Shown in pieces: positions 1-9,365 of a DNA stretch of 64,000 nt. Both the position numbers and the translations under genes were made by a program. This DNA is from a virus (taxonomy: Duplodnaviria; Caudoviricetes): IMG/VR virus record IMGVR_UViG_3300033076_001354, positions 1 to 64,000 of that record, one strand, 5' to 3'. Within the stretch, counting starts at the first letter, position 1. Each line of letters begins with the position of its first letter. Under the pieces are notes generated by a model. The model saw only the letters and a program-made list of their open reading frames with translations, was not told where the DNA came from and made no database searches.

Positions 1-174
1 GATCTTCTGACTATAGCTGAGCGCCTCGAGCGCATCGTGAGTCTCAAGGGAACCCTCGGCTACGACTCAGCCGACGTCGTCGAGCTGGTCTCTGAGTACG
101 CGAAGATGCTTCGTGAGCAGGCCGACGAGATTGAACGAAACTTTGTGCTGGATCAAGGAGTGCAAGATGGCTGA
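1..174 (+). CDS. hypothetical protein, 5' partial
   Basis: Frame 1 is open from the window edge to TGA at 172-174 and overlaps the next start. Confidence 0.6.
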   Translation, partial: DLLTIAERLERIVSLKGTLGYDSADVVELVSEYAKMLREQADEIERNFVLDQGVQDG

Positions 175-409
175 CGACGTCTACACCGAAGATGAGATCA
201 TGGAGAACTACTTGAAGTATAGTTCGTCCAGCTACACGAAGAGACAGCGCATCAGGGACTACATGGACGTGCTGCACACAGAGATCTTACTCCTTCGCAG
301 CCGCATCCAGCCCGAAGACACAGGTCACCTGCACACGACGGTCAACGTTCTTTGGGACAGGCTGTCTGAACTTGAGAAGATGTATGACCAAACGCCAGCC
401 GAAGACTGA
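167..409 (+). CDS. hypothetical protein
   Basis: ATG at 167 with AAGGAG upstream; part of a tightly packed + strand array. Confidence 0.65.
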   Translation: MADDVYTEDEIMENYLKYSSSSYTKRQRIRDYMDVLHTEILLLRSRIQPEDTGHLHTTVNVLWDRLSELEKMYDQTPAED

Positions 410-578
410 GATGATCCGACGAGTTCGCTACGTCTTTGGTGAGCTTCCGGCCCGATACGAGATGAAAGCCTACGCAAAGAAGTACGGCTTCATCATGGTG
501 TCGGGTCCGACGCTCGTTACCGAAGGCCGGTGGGAGGGCATGTACAAGTATGAGTTCGACGAACCTAGACAAAGATGA
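384..578 (+). CDS. hypothetical protein
   Basis: Short ORF overlapping its neighbours in the operon. Confidence 0.55.
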   Translation: MTKRQPKTEMIRRVRYVFGELPARYEMKAYAKKYGFIMVSGPTLVTEGRWEGMYKYEFDEPRQR

Positions 579-768
579 AGACTTTGTTCGCGCGTTTTGG
601 GACTGGTTCGACTCATTAAATAAAGAGGAGAAGAATCGGTTCTGGTACTACACCGCCGACATGTCGAAGATCTACTTTTATAATAAACATTATGCCAAAG
701 TACGCGCGAATAAACTTGAGAGAGACACAGTACGAACGCCTGAATTCGGGCTGGAAGTTTCTCGGTAA
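550..768 (+). CDS. hypothetical protein
   Basis: 72 aa aromatic-rich ORF in the operon. Confidence 0.55.
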   Translation: MSSTNLDKDEDFVRAFWDWFDSLNKEEKNRFWYYTADMSKIYFYNKHYAKVRANKLERDTVRTPEFGLEVSR

Positions 769-1123
769 CATCGACACCAAGCTTCTAGATGAGATCTACG
801 TAAAGTACTGTCGGTACAAGAAGTTCGAGAGCGTCATGCCGATCTTCTACGGTGAGTACAGCGACCTTCACAGCGACGTGATTGGGTACTACGACGAAGA
901 TCGCCTCATCGCCTTCAGCCTAATTAAAATACACGACCACGAGAACGTCGAGTGCGTTCAGTTCGCTTGGGACTATGAGAACCCTAAGCTTCGACTCGGC
1001 ATCGAGAGCTTGAAGCACGAGTGCGCCTTGTACAGGGACAAAGGATTCAAGTACATGTACCTCGGCGAGGCCGATGAGTACAAGAGCCACATACAAGGCT
1101 ATGAAGAGTTGGGACCGATATAA
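692..1123 (+). CDS. GNAT-fold aminoacyl-tRNA-protein transferase-like protein (ATE_C/Bpt-like)
   Basis: LIAFS..(E)CVQFAWDY..PKLRLG..SL..E....KGFKYMYLG....YK resembles the C-terminal domain of ATE1/Bpt. Confidence 0.6.
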   Translation: MPKYARINLRETQYERLNSGWKFLGNIDTKLLDEIYVKYCRYKKFESVMPIFYGEYSDLHSDVIGYYDEDRLIAFSLIKIHDHENVECVQFAWDYENPKLRLGIESLKHECALYRDKGFKYMYLGEADEYKSHIQGYEELGPI

Positions 1124-1445
1124 TGGACATCTATCACGTATGGGCCAACAAAGCCGGAGAGATCTCCGATGACAAGTGGGTCGCAAGGATGCGATCGTTC
1201 CTCGATCACTTGGTCGAGGAGGGAAAGATGGTGTCTTATCGCATCACTCGATGTAAGATGGGCTTCCGCAGCTTAGACATTCCTGAGTGGCACATCATGA
1301 TGGAGTTCACCGACATGGCGCAGATGGACAACGCTTTCAAGCGCGTCGCGAAGCGCGAAGGTGATCTCGAGAGGAAGCATGTTTCATTCAACCAGTTCGT
1401 AGGAGATGACATCCAACACGCCCTTTACAGGGACTGGCCGGATGA

Positions 1446-1455
<10 letters not shown>
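1123..1455 (+). CDS. DUF6614-like protein
   Basis: MDIYHVW...FLDHL..G....YRITRCKMGF...EWHIMMEF..MAQMD.AF...HALYRDWPD pattern; TAATG coupling to the upstream gene. Confidence 0.55.
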
Positions 1456-1522
<67 letters not shown>

Positions 1523-1523
1523 A

Positions 1524-1598
1524 GCTGCCTTAGCTCAGTGGTAGAGCACTTCATTGGTAATGAAGAGGTCGACAGTTCAATCCTGTCAGGCAGCACCA
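1524..1598 (+). tRNA. tRNA-Thr(GGT)
   Basis: GCTGCCT/AGGCAGC acceptor stem, anticodon arm CTTCA-TTGGTAA-TGAAG, CCA end. Confidence 0.95.
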
Positions 1599-1618
1599 TT
1601 AAATACTCCGAACAAGGA

Positions 1619-1864
1619 GTGACTGCCATAGATATTGTACCTCAGACGTACAATATGGAATGGTCTCAATGCTACTGGCGAATGCACTACTTTTACCATG
1701 ACGTTAAAGAGTATCATTGGACCCAGTGGGACGTTAAAGCTGACTACAGTCAGCAATCCGGAAAGAACGCTTGGGTCGAAGCCGTGAACAAGGGCGACCC
1801 AACGATACGCATACGCATGACCTGCCAAAATGGTAAGTACATCATACTAGATACGCGGGGTTAA
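1619..1864 (+). CDS. hypothetical protein (start uncertain)
   Basis: Open frame after the tRNAs; the 5' part of the computed ORF overlaps tRNA-Thr. Confidence 0.5.
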   Translation: MTAIDIVPQTYNMEWSQCYWRMHYFYHDVKEYHWTQWDVKADYSQQSGKNAWVEAVNKGDPTIRIRMTCQNGKYIILDTRG

Positions 1865-1892
1865 ATAGACGATCGACAACAGGGAGGATCCC

Positions 1893-2186
1893 ATGAGATA
1901 CCTTATACCCTTAGTAGCATTGATCTTAACGACGCCGGCCTTTGCGCAGCAACCCTGCGGAGACGCAAGCAAAGTACACAAGATGTTGTCTGAAGAATAC
2001 GGCGAGAAGCCTCTGGCTGAGTTAGACGACAGCTTTGGAAGACACCTCGTGATATACGTAAGCCCGACTACGCTATCGTGGACCGTCGTTCATCTTGATA
2101 AAGAGAAGAAGATTAGCTGCGGTATTTCGGCTGGAACAAACTTCAAGCCCGCTAACCTTAAAGAATTCTTCGGTGATCCGAGCTGA
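1893..2186 (+). CDS. secreted small protein, alphaproteobacterial type
   Basis: Signal peptide ending AFA; C...L...YGE...SWT...C pattern; GGAGG RBS. Confidence 0.75.
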   Translation: MRYLIPLVALILTTPAFAQQPCGDASKVHKMLSEEYGEKPLAELDDSFGRHLVIYVSPTTLSWTVVHLDKEKKISCGISAGTNFKPANLKEFFGDPS

Positions 2187-3006
2187 TGAAAAACATCTCA
2201 CCCTCGTATGCTACAGAAGCGGCTACGGGGGTGATTTCCTATGCGCACTTATAGACGAAGCTCTAGGTAACTCAAGCTTTCAACTGAGGGACGGAAACAA
2301 TCGCTACTGGTTCGACAACTACGTATTCTCCTCCTGCAGCAATCAGATAAAAAGCCTTCACCACATCTTCTCGTACTACTATGGCCAAGACAGCGTACAG
2401 GTCATAGATCAGTTGCTCGGCAAAGCCGAATGGGTCGACGAGATAAAAATGATCTACGACATGTGTTACGATGATAATGAACAGTTCTTCATTGATAACA
2501 TAATCTATCACATAGCGTCGGGTTTGAGGTTACCCTATAAGTACAACGTTGGAAACCTACACTACATGGGTGAGTTTCCAGCTTTCGACGTAAGTAAGAT
2601 ACACCGGCCGATGAGCATCGTGACACTGAAGACTGAAAGCGACTTATACTTTCAATACTTCCACTCGTTCTCACAGATAAAGACCAACTTCAAAGTCCTC
2701 AAGCGCGCTCGAGTGATGAAGAAAGAAATCTTTGACTGTGAACCCATATCGAATTCTAAGATAGTCGACGCCGGCAAGCTCTTCTTTGAAGACTCGCTTG
2801 ACGACACTATATCCGACACATTGTCTGAGATCGTTGGACGCGAGATAGAGATAAACATCGATGAGCTGAAGAGATACAGAAAAGATAATATACAAGTGCT
2901 CGCGAGATACTTTGGTGATGACTTTAGGACATTAGACGCCGTTTCTTTCAGGGAAAGAAAGCTCGAGCTTTTCAAAAGAGTAGCTGAGGGCCAAGAGCTT
3001 CAATGA
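2173..3006 (+). CDS. P-loop/sulfotransferase-like uncharacterised family, paralog 1
   Basis: N-terminal YRSGYGGDFL, internal LHY, C-terminal Y..DN..L. Confidence 0.6.
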   Translation: MIRADEKHLTLVCYRSGYGGDFLCALIDEALGNSSFQLRDGNNRYWFDNYVFSSCSNQIKSLHHIFSYYYGQDSVQVIDQLLGKAEWVDEIKMIYDMCYDDNEQFFIDNIIYHIASGLRLPYKYNVGNLHYMGEFPAFDVSKIHRPMSIVTLKTESDLYFQYFHSFSQIKTNFKVLKRARVMKKEIFDCEPISNSKIVDAGKLFFEDSLDDTISDTLSEIVGREIEINIDELKRYRKDNIQVLARYFGDDFRTLDAVSFRERKLELFKRVAEGQELQ

Positions 3007-3839
3007 AAAACAGACTAATCTTTGTTACTTATAAAGGCGGTAACTGCGGTGACTTCTTCTGTTCTCTCTTAGATCGAGCTTTCGGGAACGAAGATCCATC
3101 GTACCAAGACGAAACTAATCGCTGCGTATTTAAGAATCCCGCGTTCATCGATCATAGGGTCAAAGGTCTCGAAGAAATATTCAGGCGATACAATAAGCAC
3201 GAATATATACTCGCGGTTGATCAGATGAAGAACAGGGACTGGCTCAACTATCTCGAGTGGACTAAGCAGGTATACGACTACTGCTATGATCCGGATAGAA
3301 ATGAGTTCATAAGAAACGTTGTCGACTACATCGCGTCGAACATCGTCGTCGCTAATAAAAACACGGTCGCAAGCATTCACTACTACGACTATTTTGAGGG
3401 ATTCAATCTTACAGACGTTTATCAACCTTCGGTCACCCTGCAGCTGATGACTGAAGATCCTTTGTGCCACAACTACTTCTTCTTTCTCGCTCGATACAAG
3501 CAAAGGTTTCATCTGATTAGAAACGCTCCTGATTGGTACACATTTATAGATGAACCTGCTATGGTCAAGCAGCTTCCCGGCCCAGTTACCCGCATCGACT
3601 CCGGAAGATTGTTCTTTGGAACAGGGTATGAAGATGAGCTCGACGCGACGCTTTCCAAAGCACTCGACATGGAAGTGAAAGTGGACAGGGACTACCTCAA
3701 TCGCTACCGTGAAGGAAACGACAGGGTGTTGAGAAATTTCTTTGGCGAAGATTACAGAAGTATGTCTGCGGATGAGTTTAGAAAAGAGCGAAAGCGCTTA
3801 TTCGCTAAGATTAGAGAGGAACTAGTCGTTGCAGTATGA
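3003..3839 (+). CDS. P-loop/sulfotransferase-like uncharacterised family, paralog 2
   Basis: YKGGNCGDFF, IHY, YREGNDRVL; clearly similar to paralog 1. Confidence 0.6.
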   Translation: MKNRLIFVTYKGGNCGDFFCSLLDRAFGNEDPSYQDETNRCVFKNPAFIDHRVKGLEEIFRRYNKHEYILAVDQMKNRDWLNYLEWTKQVYDYCYDPDRNEFIRNVVDYIASNIVVANKNTVASIHYYDYFEGFNLTDVYQPSVTLQLMTEDPLCHNYFFFLARYKQRFHLIRNAPDWYTFIDEPAMVKQLPGPVTRIDSGRLFFGTGYEDELDATLSKALDMEVKVDRDYLNRYREGNDRVLRNFFGEDYRSMSADEFRKERKRLFAKIREELVVAV

Positions 3840-4743
3840 AGACTTGACCGAGGAGCACCTAGGAACGAAGCGACACAGGCCGATGTACGTCTCTGAGTTC
3901 GTCAAGCTTCGCAGCTCTCTGTCGATGAAGGATTATCCACAGGACTTCAACGACTACACGCAGCTATTCTTAAGGGAGATCGACGAATGGATAAGATCAC
4001 ACCGATTCGTAGGGTACTATGGACTCGAGCATTTCCCAAGAAAAGACGTGATCCTTGGGACGACACACCAGCTCGACGAGATTCACTGGGCCCACAGGGG
4101 AAAGATCGCCGTGATGAACGGCGAGTACAAGTACCACCGAAGACTGACTGACTATAAAGTCAAACAAATCAATCACCACAGCGAACTCTTCGAAGGTGAC
4201 GTATTCGTGGTGTCGATGCCGAGCTGCATAACAACGAACGGTCACGAAGGATTCGAAGACCTGTTGGATCACTGCCTCGCGAAGAAGATTCCCGTGCACA
4301 TCGACGGCGCTTGGTTTGGTCAGTGCAGGAACTTTGAGCTCGACGTTTCACACCCAGCTATCCAATCAGTCAGCGTCAGTCTGTCAAAGGCGCTCGGCAT
4401 GGGTAGCAACAGGATAGGGATACGGTACACTCGAGAGAAGGTGAACGGACCCATCGCCATTATGAACGACTTTGGATACGTCAACGTATCCGACATGTGG
4501 CTCGGTGTCGAAAGCATGCGGCGTTTTGGAACTGACTTCTGGTGGAGCAACTTCTCCGGTCACTATAAAAAAGTATGCAGCGACTTCAACCTTGAGGAGA
4601 CCGACAGCATCCATCTTGCCAAGCGTGGCGGTAAATACTTCGGCATCCGAACACCGCTGAGAATGTTGATCGACGGAACGTTCGACGTCCGCGGCACAGA
4701 TGCCGGTCTCAATGATATTGAAAAGAATGAAAGAAATGATTGA
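3829..4743 (+). CDS. PLP-dependent enzyme (fold type I)
   Basis: IPVHIDGAW (PLP-binding Asp) and SVSLSKALG (Schiff-base Lys). Confidence 0.75.
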   Translation: MQYEDLTEEHLGTKRHRPMYVSEFVKLRSSLSMKDYPQDFNDYTQLFLREIDEWIRSHRFVGYYGLEHFPRKDVILGTTHQLDEIHWAHRGKIAVMNGEYKYHRRLTDYKVKQINHHSELFEGDVFVVSMPSCITTNGHEGFEDLLDHCLAKKIPVHIDGAWFGQCRNFELDVSHPAIQSVSVSLSKALGMGSNRIGIRYTREKVNGPIAIMNDFGYVNVSDMWLGVESMRRFGTDFWWSNFSGHYKKVCSDFNLEETDSIHLAKRGGKYFGIRTPLRMLIDGTFDVRGTDAGLNDIEKNERND

Positions 4744-5395
4744 ATTTGGAAGCTTCGACTTTGACTTAGACTTGAAACCGTTTCAAGATGAAGCGGAACA
4801 AGCTCTCAACGGTCCGAGCGCGAAAGTCACGGGATCAAAGGGACTCAATAAGTTCTACAACGTCGAGGGTGAAAGCAGGCGAAAACTTATAGAATACTTC
4901 GATGATCACTTTCTTAAAAAGCTGATATGGCACGTTGAGTACTTCAACTCAGGTGAACCCGCCGGCCTACACACCGACGGTGCTGTCTACAACGAGGGAT
5001 GTAAGACTGTCGTCGGCGTCATAATTCCTCTCGCTTACAACACGTCTAAAGTCCCTTACACCGTCACATATGATCGCGTTCAGACTGAGTACAGGAAGCT
5101 CATGTTTAAGAACGGGGATATGAAGTATCTCGACACTGGCGAAGTCGTGAACTACCGCGATAAGTTTGAGTACGACCCATTAAGTCTAAAGCACAACCCA
5201 AAAGGTACACTCTACTATAAGCAGTATGCCGACCTCAAGGTCCATGAAGAATATGAGTGGAAGATCGGCACCATGCTTGTGTTTGATACTCAGCGCTGGC
5301 ACAGCTCGTCTTGGTTCTTATCTACACCTGACCTTCCCAGCCAACTAGGTGAATTCAAAAGATCAATAATCGCGTTCGGCGACATCAAAGAATGA
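4736..5395 (+). CDS. 2OG-Fe(II) oxygenase-like protein
   Basis: LHTD...IIPL...FDTQRWHSS gives an HxD...H triad; terminal KRSI. Confidence 0.6.
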   Translation: MIEFGSFDFDLDLKPFQDEAEQALNGPSAKVTGSKGLNKFYNVEGESRRKLIEYFDDHFLKKLIWHVEYFNSGEPAGLHTDGAVYNEGCKTVVGVIIPLAYNTSKVPYTVTYDRVQTEYRKLMFKNGDMKYLDTGEVVNYRDKFEYDPLSLKHNPKGTLYYKQYADLKVHEEYEWKIGTMLVFDTQRWHSSSWFLSTPDLPSQLGEFKRSIIAFGDIKE

Positions 5396-6249
5396 CGACC
5401 GTTTTAGTCAACTATACCGGAGGATACTGTGGAAGCTTTTTCTGTGGGTTGATAGCACAGAACCTTGACGTCGGTCACAGATGGCTAAACGACGAAAGAA
5501 AGAACATATTCTACTTCCTAAGCGATGAGATCGACACGAAATACATCAAGATATTTGGTAAGCTTTTTGAAATAAGACGTGGGACTCTTAAGAAAGAAGA
5601 CTTAAAGTACATCGCCGATAACAACCTCGACGACTACTACGCTCACGCCTTTCACCTCTATAAAATCGTGCACGATGAAGACGACCGCGAATTTATACAA
5701 AACATTAAGTCTCACTACCGTGAATTAATGAACGAGAAGAAGAACGAGTTTTTTATAACAACGATTCACTACGGCTATCAATATAAAGATCTCACCCTTC
5801 AAGACATCTTTGACAAAGCAGTGGTCTTACATATTGTGACCAAGAGTAAGAAGTACGCTCGATATTTTCACCTTCTGTTTCATTATAAAACGAAAGACGA
5901 CGAAGCTGATAAAGTTCTACAGTCGAAAACTTTATCAGCCGATGAAATTTATAGCGACTTTATTGATCCATCTATGCCAAAGATATTTGATGAAAGCTCG
6001 ATACCCGTAGATATGGGAAGAATCATATTTGAACGGGATGAAGATCACTTAGAGGAGATAGAAGCAGAGCTTACACGCCGGATTGGAAAAGTCATAAAGA
6101 TAGATAGGATGAGGTTGAATGAATACGCCGATAAGAATGTTAAGATCTTAAAAAGCATCTTAGGTGAAGACTTCATGAATCAAAGCGAATCTGAACAAAT
6201 TGAAAAGTCGCTTCAATACATCGAGAGAGAAGTTCGTGCCAAGCAATAG
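5392..6249 (+). CDS. P-loop/sulfotransferase-like uncharacterised family, paralog 3
   Basis: YTGGYCGSFF, IHY, YADKNVKIL. Confidence 0.6.
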   Translation: MTTVLVNYTGGYCGSFFCGLIAQNLDVGHRWLNDERKNIFYFLSDEIDTKYIKIFGKLFEIRRGTLKKEDLKYIADNNLDDYYAHAFHLYKIVHDEDDREFIQNIKSHYRELMNEKKNEFFITTIHYGYQYKDLTLQDIFDKAVVLHIVTKSKKYARYFHLLFHYKTKDDEADKVLQSKTLSADEIYSDFIDPSMPKIFDESSIPVDMGRIIFERDEDHLEEIEAELTRRIGKVIKIDRMRLNEYADKNVKILKSILGEDFMNQSESEQIEKSLQYIEREVRAKQ

Positions 6250-7084
6250 CGATAAAGTGTTGGTAGTAGTTAGCTATTATGGAGGGTACGGAGGAAATTT
6301 CTTTGCAGATATTCTTAGAAAAAGCATTACACAGAATCAACAAGATATAGTCTCCGTAAATGATAAGAATGAATACGCTTTTCAAACCGACGTTCTTGGA
6401 TCTGAAAGAAACGCGATCGACGCTATAATGAAAGCCTATGATAAAGGATTTGAGACTTTATTCGATGTACATTTTTATGAGAAAATAGAAAATAAAAAAT
6501 ATAAGTGGGGTGATACTTTAAAAAAAATCTTTATTGATGTGTATGACAACGATAGATCTGTCTTCTGCAGCAATTTAACTGCTTACTTAAAAAAAAGACT
6601 TAGACTTAAAGATGGATTTAACGTTATCAATGCGCACTATTCAAAAAATTATGGTGGATTTAGTATACACGACATAAGCGATAAAGTTATATTTTTTCTT
6701 TTAAGCGCAGAAGATCATAGACATTGTGTACTTTTTGATATGTTACTAGATATTAAACATAATCATTTTATCTACCCTGAATTTATTAAAAGATTTTTAA
6801 TGAATCTTAAAGATGTGCCCGATAAAGTAAAGCCGTTCGATTCCTGTCACCTCGTAGAAGTAGGAAAGTTGTTTCTACAGACTAAAGATAACGGCATAGA
6901 TGAAGTGGAGAGGGTTTTATCGGAAGGGCTTGGAGTAAAAATAAGCCTTGACAAACGTTTGATTGAAGATTATAGTAAGTCAAATATAAAGCTTTTGAAT
7001 GAGTTCTTAAGCATAGACGTTGAAGAAGCCAATTATAAAGACGTCTTAAGAGCCACCGAAAAGAAGCTAAAATCCCTACTATAA
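6236..7084 (+). CDS. P-loop/sulfotransferase-like uncharacterised family, paralog 4
   Basis: YYGGYGGNFF, AHY, YSKSNIKLL; AT-rich. Confidence 0.6.
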   Translation: MPSNSDKVLVVVSYYGGYGGNFFADILRKSITQNQQDIVSVNDKNEYAFQTDVLGSERNAIDAIMKAYDKGFETLFDVHFYEKIENKKYKWGDTLKKIFIDVYDNDRSVFCSNLTAYLKKRLRLKDGFNVINAHYSKNYGGFSIHDISDKVIFFLLSAEDHRHCVLFDMLLDIKHNHFIYPEFIKRFLMNLKDVPDKVKPFDSCHLVEVGKLFLQTKDNGIDEVERVLSEGLGVKISLDKRLIEDYSKSNIKLLNEFLSIDVEEANYKDVLRATEKKLKSLL

Positions 7085-7087
7085 ATA
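7080..7087 (+). promoter_or_regulatory. T4-type late promoter TATAAATA
   Basis: Exact gp55 consensus upstream of the lytic transglycosylase gene. Confidence 0.75.
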
Positions 7088-7159
7088 ATCTACCTCGTCT
7101 TCTCTTGACGGGAGAAATGCGCCGCTGATGAAGCCGCGCATCAATGCTAAGGAGAAAAA

Positions 7160-7597
7160 ATGAAGAAACTAATAGTGGCTCTGGCGACAGGGCTAAGTAT
7201 TATCGTTTCTGCATCAACCACACAGGCGCAAGACACCGATAAGATACAAACGCTGATACAGAAATACGCCGCAGAATACAACGTTCCAATACACTTTGCA
7301 GACTCGATTATCTTTATAGAATCAAGATACAACCCAACGGTCAGAGGACAGAAGGGTGAGTATGGCTTAGGGCAGATACTCTGCTCAACCGCCAAGGGTC
7401 TTGGTCTAAAGAAAAAATGTGACTCATTGAAAGACCCTGAAGTAAACCTACAGTACACCATGATGTACTTGAGATGGGCGCTCGATGAGTCAAACAATGA
7501 CCTGTGCCACGCCGCCGCGATTTACAGCAGCGGAAGCACCTATAAACCTAAGAAGCCTACACCATACTGTAGGTTGGTCATGGCACGGATGAATTGA
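7160..7597 (+). CDS. secreted lytic transglycosylase (SLT domain)
   Basis: Signal peptide; IESRYNP catalytic ES; GLGQI; AIYSSG motif. Confidence 0.85.
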   Translation: MKKLIVALATGLSIIVSASTTQAQDTDKIQTLIQKYAAEYNVPIHFADSIIFIESRYNPTVRGQKGEYGLGQILCSTAKGLGLKKKCDSLKDPEVNLQYTMMYLRWALDESNNDLCHAAAIYSSGSTYKPKKPTPYCRLVMARMN

Positions 7598-8154
7598 TGA
7601 TTAAATTCAAAGAAGCGTTTGAAGCCACCGGTACGACCAAGAAGAATCACGGCTACCATGACTTCTACGCTCAAATGCTTGACGGGGTAGACATCGACTC
7701 AGTGCTTGAGATCGGTGTCTACCTCGGACAATCACTTAAAGCTTGGCGAATGATATGGCCTGAGGCCGTGATCGAAGCGGTCGACTACGACATGCGCTAC
7801 AAAGATTCTATAGCCAAAGAATTCAACATCTACAACTTTGACTCGCGAAACGCCCGTTACGCGGACGTCAACATAGTTAGAAACTACGACCTCGTCATCG
7901 ATGACGGCCTTCACCACTGGGCAGCACAGATAGAAACCTTCAACAGCTTCAGGAGGTTCACCAAGAAGTTCTACATCATCGAGGACATCATCGGTGAGTA
8001 CTCAGAGAAGAAGCTTCTTGAGAATCTTCCAAAAGACGTTTTAGAACGCGCTACTTGGTTTGAAGCATACGGTCCGACAAGAACATTTAGACACGGTAAA
8101 CACGTTGAAGAACACGCCCAGTACAGGGTATTGTTTATAGATTTTAGGAACTAA
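7597..8154 (+). CDS. class I SAM-dependent methyltransferase
   Basis: VLEIGV..G.SL..W and YDLVIDDGLH motifs. Confidence 0.8.
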   Translation: MIKFKEAFEATGTTKKNHGYHDFYAQMLDGVDIDSVLEIGVYLGQSLKAWRMIWPEAVIEAVDYDMRYKDSIAKEFNIYNFDSRNARYADVNIVRNYDLVIDDGLHHWAAQIETFNSFRRFTKKFYIIEDIIGEYSEKKLLENLPKDVLERATWFEAYGPTRTFRHGKHVEEHAQYRVLFIDFRN

Positions 8155-8155
8155 C

Positions 8156-8950
8156 ATGAGACTCACCGCCGCACTATTCTTACTGATGACCGGCTGCACC
8201 TTCGCGGCCGATCAAGCACCGCCTAAAAAAGTTGAGAGCTGCGCGGCCGAGATACCCTACGGCATGCCGAGCGTTCAAAAAGATCACACCGTGATCTGTC
8301 GCTCGGGCTACATACTCTCGCACGATCCCGAAGCAAAGATCCCAGCTTGGGTCGCATGGACTCTCGTGCAGCAAGACTCACTCAGCTGCCTTCCGCGAAA
8401 CGACGCTTTCGCGACCGATCAGTCTCTACCCGAAGGCAAGCGCGCGACTCCTCAAGACTACGCCGGATCCGGATACGATCAGGGTCACTTGGCGCCCAAC
8501 GCGGAGATGTCATACGATCCGCAGGTAGCGCGTGAATCGTTCCTCATGTCGAACATGTCTCCTCAGCTTCCTCAAGTGAACAGGGGAACATGGAAGACTC
8601 TTGAGTCCACCGAGCGCTCGTTCGTCTACAACACAGGTCACTCCGTGACGATCTACGCCGGCAACATCTACACGAAAGATTCGAAGACGATCGGTAAGAA
8701 CAAAGTAGTGGTTCCCGATCAACTCTTCAAGATCATCATCGACGACACCGAAAAAGTGTCCTACGCGTTCATCTTTCCAAACGTAGTCAACATCGATCAA
8801 GACTATAATAAATACCAAGTCACGGTGGCCGAAGTCGAAAAAGCCACCTCAACAATCTTTCCAATACCCGACGACAAATCTAAAAAGAAGCCACTTCCAA
8901 TCGTCGATCTAAACAAGATCGTCGTCGATAAGAAAGCGAAGTGCAAATAA
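8156..8950 (+). CDS. exported DNA/RNA non-specific endonuclease (NucA/EndoG family)
   Basis: GYDQGHLAP and SFLMSNMSPQ..NRG.W..LE; signal peptide with possible lipobox (MTGC). Confidence 0.9.
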   Translation: MRLTAALFLLMTGCTFAADQAPPKKVESCAAEIPYGMPSVQKDHTVICRSGYILSHDPEAKIPAWVAWTLVQQDSLSCLPRNDAFATDQSLPEGKRATPQDYAGSGYDQGHLAPNAEMSYDPQVARESFLMSNMSPQLPQVNRGTWKTLESTERSFVYNTGHSVTIYAGNIYTKDSKTIGKNKVVVPDQLFKIIIDDTEKVSYAFIFPNVVNIDQDYNKYQVTVAEVEKATSTIFPIPDDKSKKKPLPIVDLNKIVVDKKAKCK

Positions 8951-8982
8951 TGTTTTACATCTATCCGGAGAAAGAGAACAAA

Positions 8983-9348
8983 ATGAACAACAGCACCTGG
9001 GGTTACCACCTTCTTCTCGACTGCACGGCTGGCGACAAAGAACTCATCGGATCCAAGCAAAACATTCGTGAATTCATCACCGAATTAGTTTGGGCAATCG
9101 ACATGATCGCTTTCGGCGATCCATGGATCGAGAGGTTCGCCACCCACTCAGAGGACAAAGCAGGCATCAGCTTCTGCCAGATGATCGAGACCTCGAACAT
9201 CACCGGTCACTTCTGTGATCGCGACGGCAACTTTTATATTGACATCTTCAGCTGCAAGCCGTATAATACAGATACGGTGATTGAATTGGTCAACAACTAC
9301 TTCAAGCCCACGAAGATCCGTCAGCACTACATCTCTCGCGACGCCTGA
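8983..9348 (+). CDS. speD: S-adenosylmethionine decarboxylase proenzyme-like protein
   Basis: WGYHLLLDC, IETSNITGH (pyruvoyl cleavage region), YIDIFSCK. Confidence 0.75.
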   Translation: MNNSTWGYHLLLDCTAGDKELIGSKQNIREFITELVWAIDMIAFGDPWIERFATHSEDKAGISFCQMIETSNITGHFCDRDGNFYIDIFSCKPYNTDTVIELVNNYFKPTKIRQHYISRDA

Positions 9349-9365
9349 TTATAGAAAGATTCGTT

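Noticed and set aside
1538-1618. N-terminal part of computed ORF 1538-1864
   Set aside because: Overlaps tRNA-Thr; the real start must be downstream
7120-7160. CTGATGA suggesting a hammerhead ribozyme or fluoride riboswitch
   Set aside because: No properly placed stem II-GAAA-stem III, and no GGCGATGG 5' element
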